A stretch of DNA of 64,000 bases from Octopus bimaculoides (Eukaryota). The stretch lies in NCBI RefSeq assembly GCF_001194135.2, contig NC_068997.1:2479493-2543492 (forward strand), read 5' to 3'. The translations under genes were made by a program, and so were the position numbers. Shown piece after piece: positions 38,869 through 51,264 of this stretch. Under the pieces are notes generated by a model that made no database searches, was not told the DNA's origin, and saw only the letters and a program-made list of their open reading frames with translations. How positions within the stretch are numbered: the first letter of the stretch is position 1; each line of letters opens with the position of its first letter.

Positions 38869-40599
38869 AATTGAGATCCTAAAACTGAGAATAATGTGCT
38901 GGTGTATCTCAGGCAACATAGATGTGGTCTAGTGCAGAGACACAACAGAGGGCAGAGTGAAGTGCAGTATTGTTTCCATTTCTCAACTGCTAATTGCTAA
39001 TTTCTCAATTGTTACTTTCTTCTACCTCTTCATTTCTCCTGTCATGTTCACAAGTGCCTTGACTTATGCTAACTTCTAACTGCTCTTAGCTTAGTGTCCC
39101 CTGTTTTATTCTGATACTACACTTCACTCTCCCCTTTCACCACTTCAACCTCACCTCCTACCAGTGTTGCTCTGTTGTCCCTCTGTACTAGACCTAAAAC
39201 TAAGGTGCCACATGAAAAGCATTGGTGTGGATGCTGGTGCCACAGAAAAAGCACTGGTTAGGACAGATATGGCCACTTTAAATGCTAAAGGGTTAAAGTA
39301 AATAATTCTTAGCTTTTCACTGTAAGGAGGAAATAAGGGTTCAATATTTCAAATAATAGTCCTTCTTTGAGGAAAAGTAGAGAAAAGAGTTCCATGGAAA
39401 CAATATTGTGGTGTTTTTATTTGAATAGCAGGTTTTGTTGTTTTGTGGCTGATACCACTTCACATTTTTGGGAGGGAGAGGATATGGTTGATTGGTTGTA
39501 TTGATCTACATAAGTTGACTGGGTCTCTGGAAGAATGAATTCAACTTTGGTGGAGATTTATACTCAGAACCTAAAGGCAAGCAAATACCACAAGGTATTT
39601 AGTCCAGCATTCTACCAGTCCACTACATTTCACTATCTAAGCAATAAGACAGCCTTAAATGCAATTGCTTGACAATCTAGAAATAGCAGCCAAATCTCCC
39701 TCAAATTACAACCCATTGGAAAATGTCATATTCCTGTATATTAGATGCAAGGCTCATGGCTAGAATGCCTTAGGTCATGGATCTGCTTCTGAACAGAACA
39801 TAACAATGAAATACTGTATAAAGTATTGATTACAGATCGTTATTAATTATTGTTAACTCACACCATGCCTCATCCATGAGCTAATGTGAGATATATAACA
39901 ATAATGCAGGTTTTGATGACTGAAAACTGTATCTAAGGGAGATTAAATCTAGGAATTATAATTTAGGGAAAGATTAAATTTAATTTTGTTTATCTCCATC
40001 AATCTGTATATTGAAGAAGACTATTTAAACAAGAAACAGCTCTGTAAGACAAAAGTTTGAAAGAGGAGATAACAAACCTATCACCAAGCTATATATTCCT
40101 TACCATTGGAAAAACATTCTTGCTCTCTCACTCTCTCTAACAAATTACTCTGCCAGAAGTGATAAATCTTTCCTCTTACGCACAGTTTCAGCATAGAAAC
40201 AATGCCAAAGCAGACACTAGAGTACAATGTAGACCTTGTACCCACTAGATTCTATCTAACCATTCAACCCATGCTAGCATGGAACATGGATGTTGAATGA
40301 TGATGACGATGATGACAACAACGACACTAACAATGCTGAAATTATACAGAAAATATAATTTGGGAAGTAGTGACAGGAGGTAAAGACATCATTGATTGAA
40401 TGCAGCAGAAGAAAATTAGCTTGTTTAAGCTGTGGGCTTTCAATATTTAATTTGCTGAATTGATTAAGGCAAGAATACCAGACATAGTTATCATCAACTA
40501 ATAGAAAATACTTTGCACAGTAATTGATATAGAGCAGATGAAAGAAGCAGCTGAAAAGAGCTTTGGTCATTAATTATAGATATTTCCTTGGGTTGTAAA

Positions 40600-40985
40600 A
40601 AAGACACAGGGACCACCAGTGAAAAAATGCCTTCTAATCGACATGTATTTCTAACAATGTATTCTTAACAAAATGGCAATGTATTTCTAAAAGAAACAGA
40701 GAAACTCTTGAAATACAACAATCTAGAAATAAAGGCAACCAGATTGTGGAACCTGAAAACAAATATAATCTCTATAATTATCAGTGCATTAGGTATGGTT
40801 AAAAACCATACAGATAAATGCATAACCAAAACATTAGGACTTAGGCGTGATTGTATGATAAGAAACTTGCTTCCCAACTACATGGTGGCACCTTGGACAA
40901 GTGTCTTCTACTTAGCCTCATCCAACCAAAGTCTTGTGAGTGGATTTGGTATTTGTAAACTGAAGGAAGCCCATCNNNNNNNNNN

Positions 40986-41030
<45 letters not shown>

Positions 41031-41363
41031 ATCCCCCACCCTCCACAATTGCTTGACAACTGATGTTGGTGTGTTTATGTCCCCCGTAACTTAGTGGTTC
41101 AGCAAAAGAGACTGATAGAATAAGTAGTAAGCTTACAAAGAATAAGTCTTGGAGTTGATTTGTTCAACTAAAATGTTGTGCTCCAGCATGGCTACAGTCA
41201 AATGACAAACAAATAAAAGGATAAAAAGACTATACAACAAAGAAAATATTGCTTTCAATACAGAAAACATAATAAAACCAAAACAAGCTACAGTGCATAC
41301 CCAAGGCATACAGAGCTGCACTTGGTAGTGCAGTGAAAGCACTTGATAAAAATAAGGCTACTG
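40600..41363 (+). pseudogene. R4/Dong LINE 3' fragment (family 1), interrupted by a family B SINE at ~40845-41230
   Basis: KKCLLIDM...KETEKLLKYNNLEIKATRLWNLKTNIISIIISALGMVK (REL D..K..KY motif); 3' UTR ends in (AAT)n. Confidence 0.85.
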
Positions 41364-41401
41364 AATAATAATAATAATAATAATAAAAATCCTTTCTACA
41401 A

Positions 41402-41770
41402 AAAGCGAGTGCCAGGAGATCAACATATCATGAAAGAAAGAGAAAAAGTTGATAAATATGGAGACCTGAGAATTGTGATCGCCAAGAGGTGGCAGCTACG
41501 AGAGTCGAACATAAAGGTTATCCCTATTATCATCGGAGCATTGGGTTCAATACCACCCAATCTGAAAAAAAGCATCTGGAAGCCTTAGAAATACCCTACA
41601 ATCTAGATGTATTGCAAAAGTCAGCATTACTTAGAACAGCATGCATATTGTGTAAAATACTGTCTGTCTGAGGTCCTTGTTGTGACATAACAAACAGTAC
41701 AAACCCCCGGTAGATACAATATCTTTAATCAACAACCAGATGATATTGTATACAATGCAACGTCTGTATT
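41402..41770 (+). pseudogene. R4/Dong LINE 3' fragment (family 2) ending in a long (AAT)n
   Basis: VPGDQHIMKEREKVDKYGDLRIVIAKRWQLRESNIKVIPIIIGALGSIPPNLKK / HLEALEIPYNLDVLQKSALLRTACILCKILSV* (one frameshift), then ~100-bp 3' UTR. Confidence 0.88.
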
Positions 41771-41777
41771 AATAATG

Positions 41778-41826
<49 letters not shown>

Positions 41827-42013
41827 TAATAATAATAATAATGATAATAATAATAATAATAATAATGATAATAATAATAATAATGATAATAATAATAATA
41901 ATGATAATAATAATAATAATAATGATAATAATAATAATAATGATAATAATAATAATGATAATAATAATAATAATGATAATAACAATAATAATGATAATAA
42001 TAATAATAATAAT
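41771..42013. repeat. (AAT)n microsatellite with regular GAT interruptions
   Basis: Directly visible. Confidence 0.95.
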
Positions 42014-42204
42014 ACATTTCAAAAAGGATTGACGTAACTCTTCACAAAGGTAAACAGTCAAGACGAAGAGTGCGATTCGATTGTAAGATATCTTATTAGT
42101 TGAACAATATTTCAACAGTAGGACTGTCTTTGTCAAGTTCGAAATAAGAAGTGTTAAAAATTCAAAATTACAGAAATTTAAACGTAAAGTATGAACGAGA
42201 GCAA

Positions 42205-42221
42205 CCAGCGCCCCCTCGTTG
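42205..42221 (-). promoter_or_regulatory. Candidate CTCF-binding motif
   Basis: CCAGCGCCCCCTCGTTG resembles the reverse complement of the CTCF core (CCACCAGGGGGCGCTG) and lies in locally CpG-rich unique sequence. Confidence 0.4.
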
Positions 42222-43865
42222 ATGGAATGACATCATCAGTTTTTAAGTTGCAATTTTATAACAGGCGAAAAGTAAAAGACAGAAAAAAATAGAAAAAAGA
42301 AGACGACAGAAAAAAAAAATAATAATAATAATAATTGTCACAAAATGACCCTAACCAGACAGCAGAAGTACAAGAAGTGAGACAATGACTTATGCAAAAC
42401 GAGATTTATAAATCAAATAGTGGGGAAGAGAGGGTGCAAAGATTAATTATTGATACTTAGCTTTGTGCATGATATAATTGTTAAGGCGTTGTATTCAGAA
42501 CAATAAGATAGCAGTTTCAATTCCCAGACTGGGTAGTGCATTGTATTTTTGAGCAAAACTCTTCATTTCAAGTTGTCTCAGTCTACTCAGCTGTAAATGG
42601 GTTTCACCAATAGAAATAGCAATAGCTTGTAAGTCAATCCTGCCATGGATTGACATCCTATTCTGTAGAGGGGGTCATAATCTCTGTCATTCATATGCCT
42701 TGGAGACTGGGTTCAGCTCCAGCCCTGTGAGTTCTAAGGTTTGCAAAATCCCTAAGTCTTTTTTTATCAGAAAACTCCATACAACAAAAAGTGAAGCCAA
42801 ACACAAGCATTCTTTATGTTTTTACACACACACACACACACACAAACAAACACACATATAATTAAAACAAAAGTAGCTAATTTACTCAAAAGTATGCTAA
42901 AAATTGATTAAAATTTATTTTTAATTAAAGTACGATATTTCTTTGTTTTGATTCAACATTAGTCAAAAATAATAAAGGAAAAAAAAATAGATAGAAATCT
43001 TGTCTGAAGATATGGTTTTACTTCAACATAAACATTGCTTGCAAAAAAAAAAAAAAAGAAAGAAAGAAAGAAAGAAAAATGATTAACAAAATACAAATTA
43101 ATTAAGTTCTTAATGAGATGACTAAATTTTATGTTAATCATGTTATCTAAGAGAGATTAAATCTAGGAATTATAATTTAGGGAAAGATTAAATTTAATTT
43201 TGTTTCTCTTCAACAACAATCTGTATATAATAGAAGACTATTTAAACAAGAACCAGCTGTGTGTGAGACAACAGTTTGGAAGAGGAAATAACAAGCCTAT
43301 CACCAAACTATGTATTCCATATCAGTGGAAAAACATTCTTGCTCTCGCTTTGACAAAGAATTTTGCCAGACGTAGTAAACCTTTCCTTTTCAGTGCAACA
43401 AACCAAAATTATTCCACAATTAAGCCATTTATACTAATTGTAGACATACTGTTAGTATTGTCACCAATCACTTCTCAGGTGATGTTCAGGACACCAAGAA
43501 TTGAACCAGAAATCCTTATTTTAGAACTGATTGTGATATTCTAACCACTAGGCAATAGTTCCGAAAGATAGATGTGTGTGTGTTAATGATCAAAAAGATA
43601 AAATAAGAGATATAGAAGACAAGAAAATATGAGGCACGAGAAACAAAACAGGAATAATATGGCCACAGATAAGGAGCTCACCTTTATCAGTTGTCATCTG
43701 CTGGTAATGGCTATTGTGTGTGTGTGTGTGTATACATATATAATCATTATATATGCAGATATGAATTGATGTCCACAGAGGTAAGTGTTCATGTATATAT
43801 GTGTGGGTGAGGTAGTATATTTAAAACAAGTGTTCTCTGGTTTCTAAAAGTTTGGTAAGTGAAAA

Positions 43866-43935
43866 CATGAAACTCTTGACCCTTGCGTCATGAAACTCTT
43901 GACCCCTTGAGTCACAAAACTTTTGACCCCTTGCT
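43866..43935. repeat. ~24-bp minisatellite, 3 units
   Basis: CATGAAACTCTTGACCC(C)TTG x2 plus CACAAAACTTTTGACCCCTTG. Confidence 0.85.
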
Positions 43936-43952
43936 TATGTTAAATATTGAAA

Positions 43953-43990
<38 letters not shown>

Positions 43991-44084
43991 ATGTGTGTGT
44001 GTGTGTGTGTGTGTGAAATTGACAGAATGAGATAAAAAAAAATCCAAGGCCATGAATAGTTTTCAGAACATTTATAAAGTGAAG

Positions 44085-44132
44085 GTCTTACAGCTGTTTC
44101 TGGGATATTTTACGTATCCCTTCACCAGAGAC
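44085..44132 (-). ncRNA. Degenerate minimal hammerhead ribozyme motif (core A6 to G)
   Basis: Minus strand GTCT CTGGTGA A GGGATA cgtaaaa TATCCC A GAAA CAGCTG TA AGAC: stems I and II pair and stem III is palindromic. Confidence 0.6.
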
Positions 44133-45159
44133 AGTGCGAGAAAACGTTTGAGTAATAATTATTGTAGAGAAGATATGAAATACAGAGGGAAGTGAAGGAA
44201 TGAAAATAGAACTGAGATGCATAAGGATATTGTATTTGCAGTTCCATTATTTAAGCAGCATGATGTTTATATAAGTTTCCTGTACCTTGTGTGTGAGTTC
44301 CAATGGTGTTTATATTTGGTCATTCCATATATATATATATATATATATACATAATACAAATGATATATAAGCATATGCATGTATAGATACATATATGTAC
44401 ATACCTACATGGACATGTATATATAGATGCATATCCGGGTACAGGACGTAGAAAAATGAACGGGGACATAAAAACAAAACGGACTTTATTTACAGACAAC
44501 AGAACAAACACATAGGAAAACAAACAATTCACTGATGGAATTATTCCTTCATCAGCTGCCTCTATTCTAAAACTAGGTGTTTTGAATACATGCATACATA
44601 CATGCAAAGACTTTCCTTCAGTTCCTGTGTATCAAGTCCACTCATAAGGTTTTGGTAAACCTGGAGTTATAGTAGAAGACACTTGCTGAAGGTGCCACCA
44701 GTGGGACAGAACCTGTAACCATATGGTTGGGAAGCAAGCTTCTTACCACACACCTGTGTCTGCAAATAAAGCTTTCCATCACCATCATAACTACTTATGA
44801 CTCTTGCCCTCTCTATCTAACGTTTTCTGCTCCTCACCCCTTCCGGTCACAACTGGCATCCACCACACACACATGCCACCAACCATTTTACAACTGCCCA
44901 TTATTCACCTTCTCTCTCATTAACCCCTACAATAACTCTTCCTACCATTACTCCTTCTAGCAACCTGCACCCCTTTTCTCCCCCACCCTCTTCCAGTTGT
45001 GACCCTTATCACTCCTGCCACCATCTCCATGCTCCCACATCATCCATCCTTCCATCCCTCTCTGAACCCCCTCCTTTACCCACTGCATTAGTCACATTAC
45101 CCTGTATCAACAGAGACAATATACAACAGAGAGGATCCCTTTTCTCTTACAGGGTACAA

Positions 45160-45470
45160 GGCACGTGGCTTAGTCGTCTGGATATTCAGCTCACAACTGT
45201 AAGGTCGTGAGTTCAATTACGGCCAGCACATTGCGTCCTTGAGCAAGACTTTTTATTTACAAGTTGCTCCAGTCAACTCAACTGACAAATAATGTGTAGT
45301 ACCTGTAATTCAAAGGGGCCAGCCTTGTCACATTCTGTGTCACACTGAATCTCCCTGAGAACTATGTTAAGGATGTGCGTGTTTGTGGAATGCTGATCCA
45401 CATGCATGTTAACATCACAAGCAGGCTGTTCCATTGATCAGATCAACAGGAATCGTTGTCTTCATAACTG
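45160..45470 (+). mobile_element. Family C SINE following a CT-rich element (44843-45140)
   Basis: Head GGCACGTGGCTTAGT, CORE TTGCGTCCTTGAGCAAGAC; the same arrangement occurs at 61533-62120. Confidence 0.8.
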
Positions 45471-46480
45471 ACAATGGGACAGTTTCTATACATGTCTCGA
45501 TATGATGTGTGTATGTATAACATTGACATCATTTGCCTACGGGAACATCACAGGCAATATGATGATCCATTTACAGAGGAAGCATTTGAGGAGTACTCTG
45601 TTATAAAATCATCAGCAATGAAGAACAAGAGAAATGCCACCACTGGAGGAGTTGATGTCCATCTTTCTCCAAAAGCCCTTAATACCAGGCTCAATACTAG
45701 TTTCAAATTTTGGTAAAAGTGCCAGTAAGTTCAGAGAAGGGGTTAAGTCGATTAAATTGATCCCAGTGCTTGACTTGATATTTATTTTATCAACTCTGAA
45801 AAGGATGGAAAGCAAAGTCAACCTCGACAGAATTTGCACTCAGAATGTAAAGCCAGACAAAGTGCCACTAAGCATTTTGCCTGGAGGTCTATCACCGACA
45901 TCAATATTAAGAAACATGTCGAGCATGACATGAATAATTCTGTTGAGAAACCTAGCAATGACTGTTCTCTGCTGCTGCAGCCCAAACAAGGAATTTACAG
46001 AAGTAAAGGTTGAGCAATTCCATCAGAAACTATCTCATTGCAATCAGTGCAGTTCCAACATACAACATTCTCTTAAGTGATAAGGATTTCAGTATTATGT
46101 TTACGTAGGTTTGGTAGTATTTCTATCATGGACATAAACTGGAAAGGATTTTAATGTTATATTTGGACAGTCTTGATAGCATTTCTACCATGGGCCTTCA
46201 GATGAATTTGCTTAAATTTGTGACAAAGCACATTACATTATGTAACATGATTTTTGTCCTTGGGTAGCAACTGCTATTTCCTATTTATTTACCCCTAGAA
46301 AGCATGAAAAATGGCTAAAATTTCCTTCAAACTTTGCTTTTGTTACATCTATTCAAACCCCTATTCAAACTCCTCTCAACAAATGGCCATGATGCTCTCC
46401 TACTACTCCTGCTCATGATCAGAAATGCATATATTGTCAGCCACTAAGGGACATAACTCAAGTGGTTAAGGTCAAACAAC

Positions 46481-46860
46481 ATTCTCTTATGTGTCCATAG
46501 CTTGCACTGGGTACATCTTATAGAGTTTCTACCTACACCTTTTCTACAGATCGAGCAGGGCCATCTACTTGTAGGGGTTTGTGTTTTGTCTATTTTGTCT
46601 ACCTTCCTACTTATTAGGACTGGTTTTAACTAGGTTGACTCTAAAGGCCCTTCGATTCTAGTCCCTGCTTCCACACCTGAAACTTCTCTAGTTCTGATAG
46701 TGACTCAGCAATTAGTGCAAGGTCATCAGTATAGAGGGGCTCCCAGGGACATACTGTCTTGAATTCCTGTGTTATCGCAAGGAGGACTATGATAAATAGG
46801 AGGGGGCTGAGGACTGAACTTTGGTGGACATCTACCTCTACCCGGAATTCTTCATTTTGC
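46481..46860 (-). pseudogene. RTE-clade LINE reverse transcriptase fragment
   Basis: EEFRVEVDVHQSSVLSPLLFIIV...CPWEPLYTDDLALIAES (YxDD at 46722-46733)...CSICRKGVGRNSIRCTQCKLWTHKR. Confidence 0.92.
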
Positions 46861-47325
46861 TATAAAGATATTTCTGCTTTAACAACTCAGCACTGAATCT
46901 TTCTGAAATGTAATGGAAAATAGGTCAGGTTTGCAGTGATTTCCTTTGATTTCTAGATAGAAGCAAACAGGAAATAACACTTACAGACCAAAGAAAAGAA
47001 AAAAATTCAAAAACCAATTTTGTTACACAGTATTATTTGGTCAAGAATCACACCGACAGCAACTTCATAGTTATGCATTCATTGAAGACTGATTTTCATC
47101 ACAGCAGTAGATTAGCATAATTTTGGATATAAAAGAGAGCAGCGTTCCGTCAGGGCTACTGGAAATGTTTCCATAGAAGCATTACTGTGTTGGACTTTTG
47201 ATATGTGACCTTTTATGGATGACAAATTCAGCTTTTGATATTGCAATGCAACCACTGACTGTGCAGGTGAAATTTTCTCTGGATCTTCTATCAAGCAGAA
47301 CTTCAACATCCTGCAGTGTTTAGAT

Positions 47326-47363
<38 letters not shown>

Positions 47364-47493
47364 TGTGTGTGTGTTTTTGTGTATTTGTGTATGTTTGTGT
47401 ATGTACCTGTGTGTGTGTGTGTGTGTTTGTATGTTTGTGTGTATTTGTGTGTGTACCCGTGTGTGTTTATGTGTGTATGTGTGTGTTTGTGTG

Positions 47494-47637
47494 TATGTAT
47501 TAAATTTTTACAAAGGAAAGTTTGGCAGCAACTTCAAAGTTTCAGTTTGTTCGCCTTCATCAGACTATGACCATAGTGAGCAAGCCAAAACTTCGAAGTC
47601 ACTATCAATCTTTCCCTTGAAAAAGTTTAATATATAT
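47494..47637. ncRNA. Inverted pair of hammerhead-ribozyme relics
   Basis: Minus arm ATAGT CTGATGA A GGC GAACAA ACT GAAAC TTTGAA GTT; plus arm ATAGT GAGCAA GCC AAAAC TTCGAA GTC ACTAT; homology continues ~30 bp outward on both arms. Confidence 0.65.
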
Positions 47638-47950
47638 GTACTCTAATAAAAAAGTATTAAGTAATCCTTCAGTTTAATGTCAAATTGATTTTATATATAA
47701 CTTGACATAAAATCCAAAATTGATAATTACGTAGAAAATTACATATATACAATATACATATATTTATGTATTTGTACATACACACACATATATTGAAAGT
47801 TGCTAAATAAAAAAAAAAAAGAAACACACAACAAATACAACCTAAATAACAAAAAAAAAATTAAAATAATAAAATACAGAAATTTTGTATGAAAGTGGAA
47901 ATTCCAATTCTATTACGGCATTTTTTACCCGAAAAAGCAAACGTCAATAC

Positions 47951-47981
<31 letters not shown>

Positions 47982-48424
47982 GATGAAAGAGATGATAACA
48001 ACAACAACAAACGAAAACAATAATAATTGACAAAACCCTTTTAACGACTTTGGTTACTGGGAAAGGTTGAAAGTATCAAAAGCAAAAATTAAGCAAACAT
48101 AAAAAAAGGACCCCAAAAAAAAATGTATTTTTACTTTAAATTATCAATTTATCTTTTATTAGGGTAATATTTCATTGTTGTTGTTTTTGCTTTTGATATA
48201 GGTTAATTGTTTTTTTTTATTTATTTTTTGTTTGCTTTCTTCAATTGAAATATATTGGAGAGAGAGAGAGAGCACTGTCATATATTCCAGTTAATCACAT
48301 ACATAAACTTAACTCTAACAGGGCATACTGCTAAGTAGTAGTAGTAGTAGCAGTGGTGGTGGTGGTCGTGGTGGATATTAACCCTTTCTATTGTCATGTT
48401 TGGTATATGATAACTTTAATTGTA

Positions 48425-49026
48425 TTTTATAAATATATTTATCATCACCACTAGCATTATCAGGAGCACCACCACCACCACAACCGTCACCATTATCACC
48501 ACCACCATCACAACCAACATGATCACCACCACCACCACCACTACCACCACTATCACAATTACTACTACTGCTACTATTACCATTATCATCATAACCACCA
48601 TCACCTCAGCCATCCCAATGACCCCCTCTCACTCCACCAGCCAATCACATGACCACTCTCCCATCCATCACAACCACCACCACCACCACCACCACTATAT
48701 AACTTTCACCTATTCCAAATGTACACAAGTATCATCTACATGAAATACTTGACCTTCTAGAAATAGCAGAGGAAGCTCCTTCAAATAACAACCCTGCTAT
48801 CTTCATATGGGGTCAATTGCACATTGTATAAAATGGGAAGGTCACAGTTGGAATACATTCAAACGTACATGATCCGGATCAAGATGTGCCTAGGGTTAAG
48901 TGACACTTTAAATATTAACATCATTTCTTCACTACATTAGCTAATAAGATTAATTAGTGAAAGACATCTTATTAGGGGAAACCTTGGAATAGTTTCATTG
49001 CAGGCTATAGCAACAAGTGATGACAG

Positions 49027-49059
<33 letters not shown>

Positions 49060-49370
49060 AGATAAGGAATGATGAGGACAATGGTGGTGATAATGCAGGT
49101 GATGCTGGGGAAGGTGGTGACAACGATGTTGACGATGATTAGAGATGACAATGCTGATGATGATGATGATGATAGTGATGAAGGTAATAATGGGTTTTTT
49201 AGTGATGATAATGATATGTTAATCAAGGTGATGATGATGATGCTGCTACTGTTGTTGATGTGAATAATACTGATGATGTCAATGATGATGATGTCAGTGA
49301 TGATGATGAGTGTTTTTGTTGTTGTTGGTGGTGATAATGGTAACATTATTAACTACCACCACCACCACCA
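48425..49370. repeat. Compound trinucleotide tracts: (ACC/ATC/ACT)n at 48425-48700 and (GAT/GGT)n at 49015-49345
   Basis: Directly visible; a similar tract at 10460-10720. Confidence 0.9.
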
Positions 49371-50869
49371 CCACCATCTGTGCCAGTGTTAACAGCAACA
49401 ACATGGAGAAGCCTTAAAAGTAAGTAACTTTGCAATTTGCTATTCACCCCCCACCCCAGACCGACCCCCACCCCACACTGTTCTCCTCCTCCTCCGTTCT
49501 CTTCCAGAAATCTTTCTCGTTAATGTAATTTACATAACATGTTCAACTCATAAACCAAACATTGGCAGGTGATGATGGAGTTTGAATGAGATTTTAACTT
49601 GGGGAAGTGATTTGCTTTTCATACTTATCAATACGTCTATTGATAGACTAAATGTGTATAATTACTCATGTATGTATAAATGGTTTGTGTATATGCATAT
49701 ACATCTCACGTCTCTCTCTATATATATATGTTAGACTGCATCTTTAGCTATTATAGACTTTACTTTGACCAGCTTAACTTAAGAGAAATTCTTTTTAATA
49801 TACTATCGAAATTCTAAGTCTTTTAAATGAAACCCTCCAAGGTTTCTAATGAAATTTATGCCAACAAAAACCTAAGTACAGAATCAGGACATAAACCTAC
49901 AGGTAAACACACACACACACACACGAGTGTATATGCAACTACCATTATGTATACTTCGACTATTAAAAACGTGTCTACATTGACGACAGAGGTTAAACCT
50001 ACACTAAGCAAACACTTGGAGAGATACTTAGCTAAAAGCAAACACTTAACTCACCACTATCCCCAAAGGAGTTGAAACTTTACATAACCAGAGAAGAAAT
50101 CTCTCTGTAAACAAGTAAATGTTTACTTATTAATGGAAACTTAAATAATAAAGTCAGCACATCTTTTGGAAATAAACTGGGTATTTTTGCAGAAGATTTT
50201 GCTTTATTAGTTGTTTTTTTTTTTAAGCAGTAAAATTAAATGAACTTCTGTCTGAACAAACTTTTTAGCAATGCATACAATATAAAGTTTATATTTTTTT
50301 AGCAGTCAATCTGGAGGGAATACTTTATCATTTCTATATCTATGGTTTATGGAGTGGCAAAAAGGCTAAGAGGATGTGCTACTGTATAGCAGTAGAAAGG
50401 ACAGGAGATTAAGAGTCACAGCAAACATTTTAGTAAAATGGGTGCGAAACTGTATGGAAGCATCAGTTTGCAAATCACACGTCAGATCTGGGGGTGATTC
50501 AAAGCAAATGAGGATATCAATGGTGAAAAGTAAAGAGATGATTCTTACCATTGTGCGGGGCTAGAATAGCAATTCTCAACAGGGTACATATGATCCATGG
50601 AGGACCACATAAGATTTTGTTGTTGAAATTTATGTACAATAAATTGGTTATACTTCAATGATACATAAAATATTTTAACAATTTTTTTTTATATAGGGAC
50701 AGGTATGGCTGTGTAGTAAGAAGTTTGCTTCCCAACCACATGATTCCAGGTTCAGTCCCACTATGCGGCATGTCAGGCAAGTGTCCTCTACATTAACCTT
50801 GAGCTGATCAAAGCCTTGGGAATGGATTTGGTAGATGGAAACTGAAAGAAGCCTGTCATACATATGTGT

Positions 50870-50915
<46 letters not shown>

Positions 50916-51264
50916 ATTTCTCCTCCCCCACCGTTTGACAATCAGCATTGGTGTGTTTACACCTCCATAACTGAGCAGTTCAGCAGAAGAGATAGACAGA
51001 ATAAATACCAGACTTTAAAAATATAAGAACAGGGTCAATTCATTCAATTAGAAATTGTTTGTGGTGGTGCCCCAGCATGGCCAAGTAAAAGACAAAAGAC
51101 AAAAGATACAATTTGTAAAATCACTTAATTATTGAAATATAATGGGACATTTTTAAACATTTGAATGTCTATTTGAACTCAGAACATAAGGACAGATGAG
51201 ATTCCGCTAAGCATTTTGCCCGGTGTGGCTAAAGAAGCAACCAGCTCACTGCGTTAAGAAGTGA

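Noticed and set aside
44500-44590. Minus-strand CTGATGAAGGAAT-ATTCC resembling a hammerhead
   Set aside because: No GAAA follows stem II, and the alternative type II reading lacks convincing stems I and III.
48420-48743. Thr/His-rich mucin-like ORF (similarly 10378-10731 and 49005-49346)
   Set aside because: Trinucleotide low-complexity tract, open in several frames on both strands, with no unique domain or splice support.
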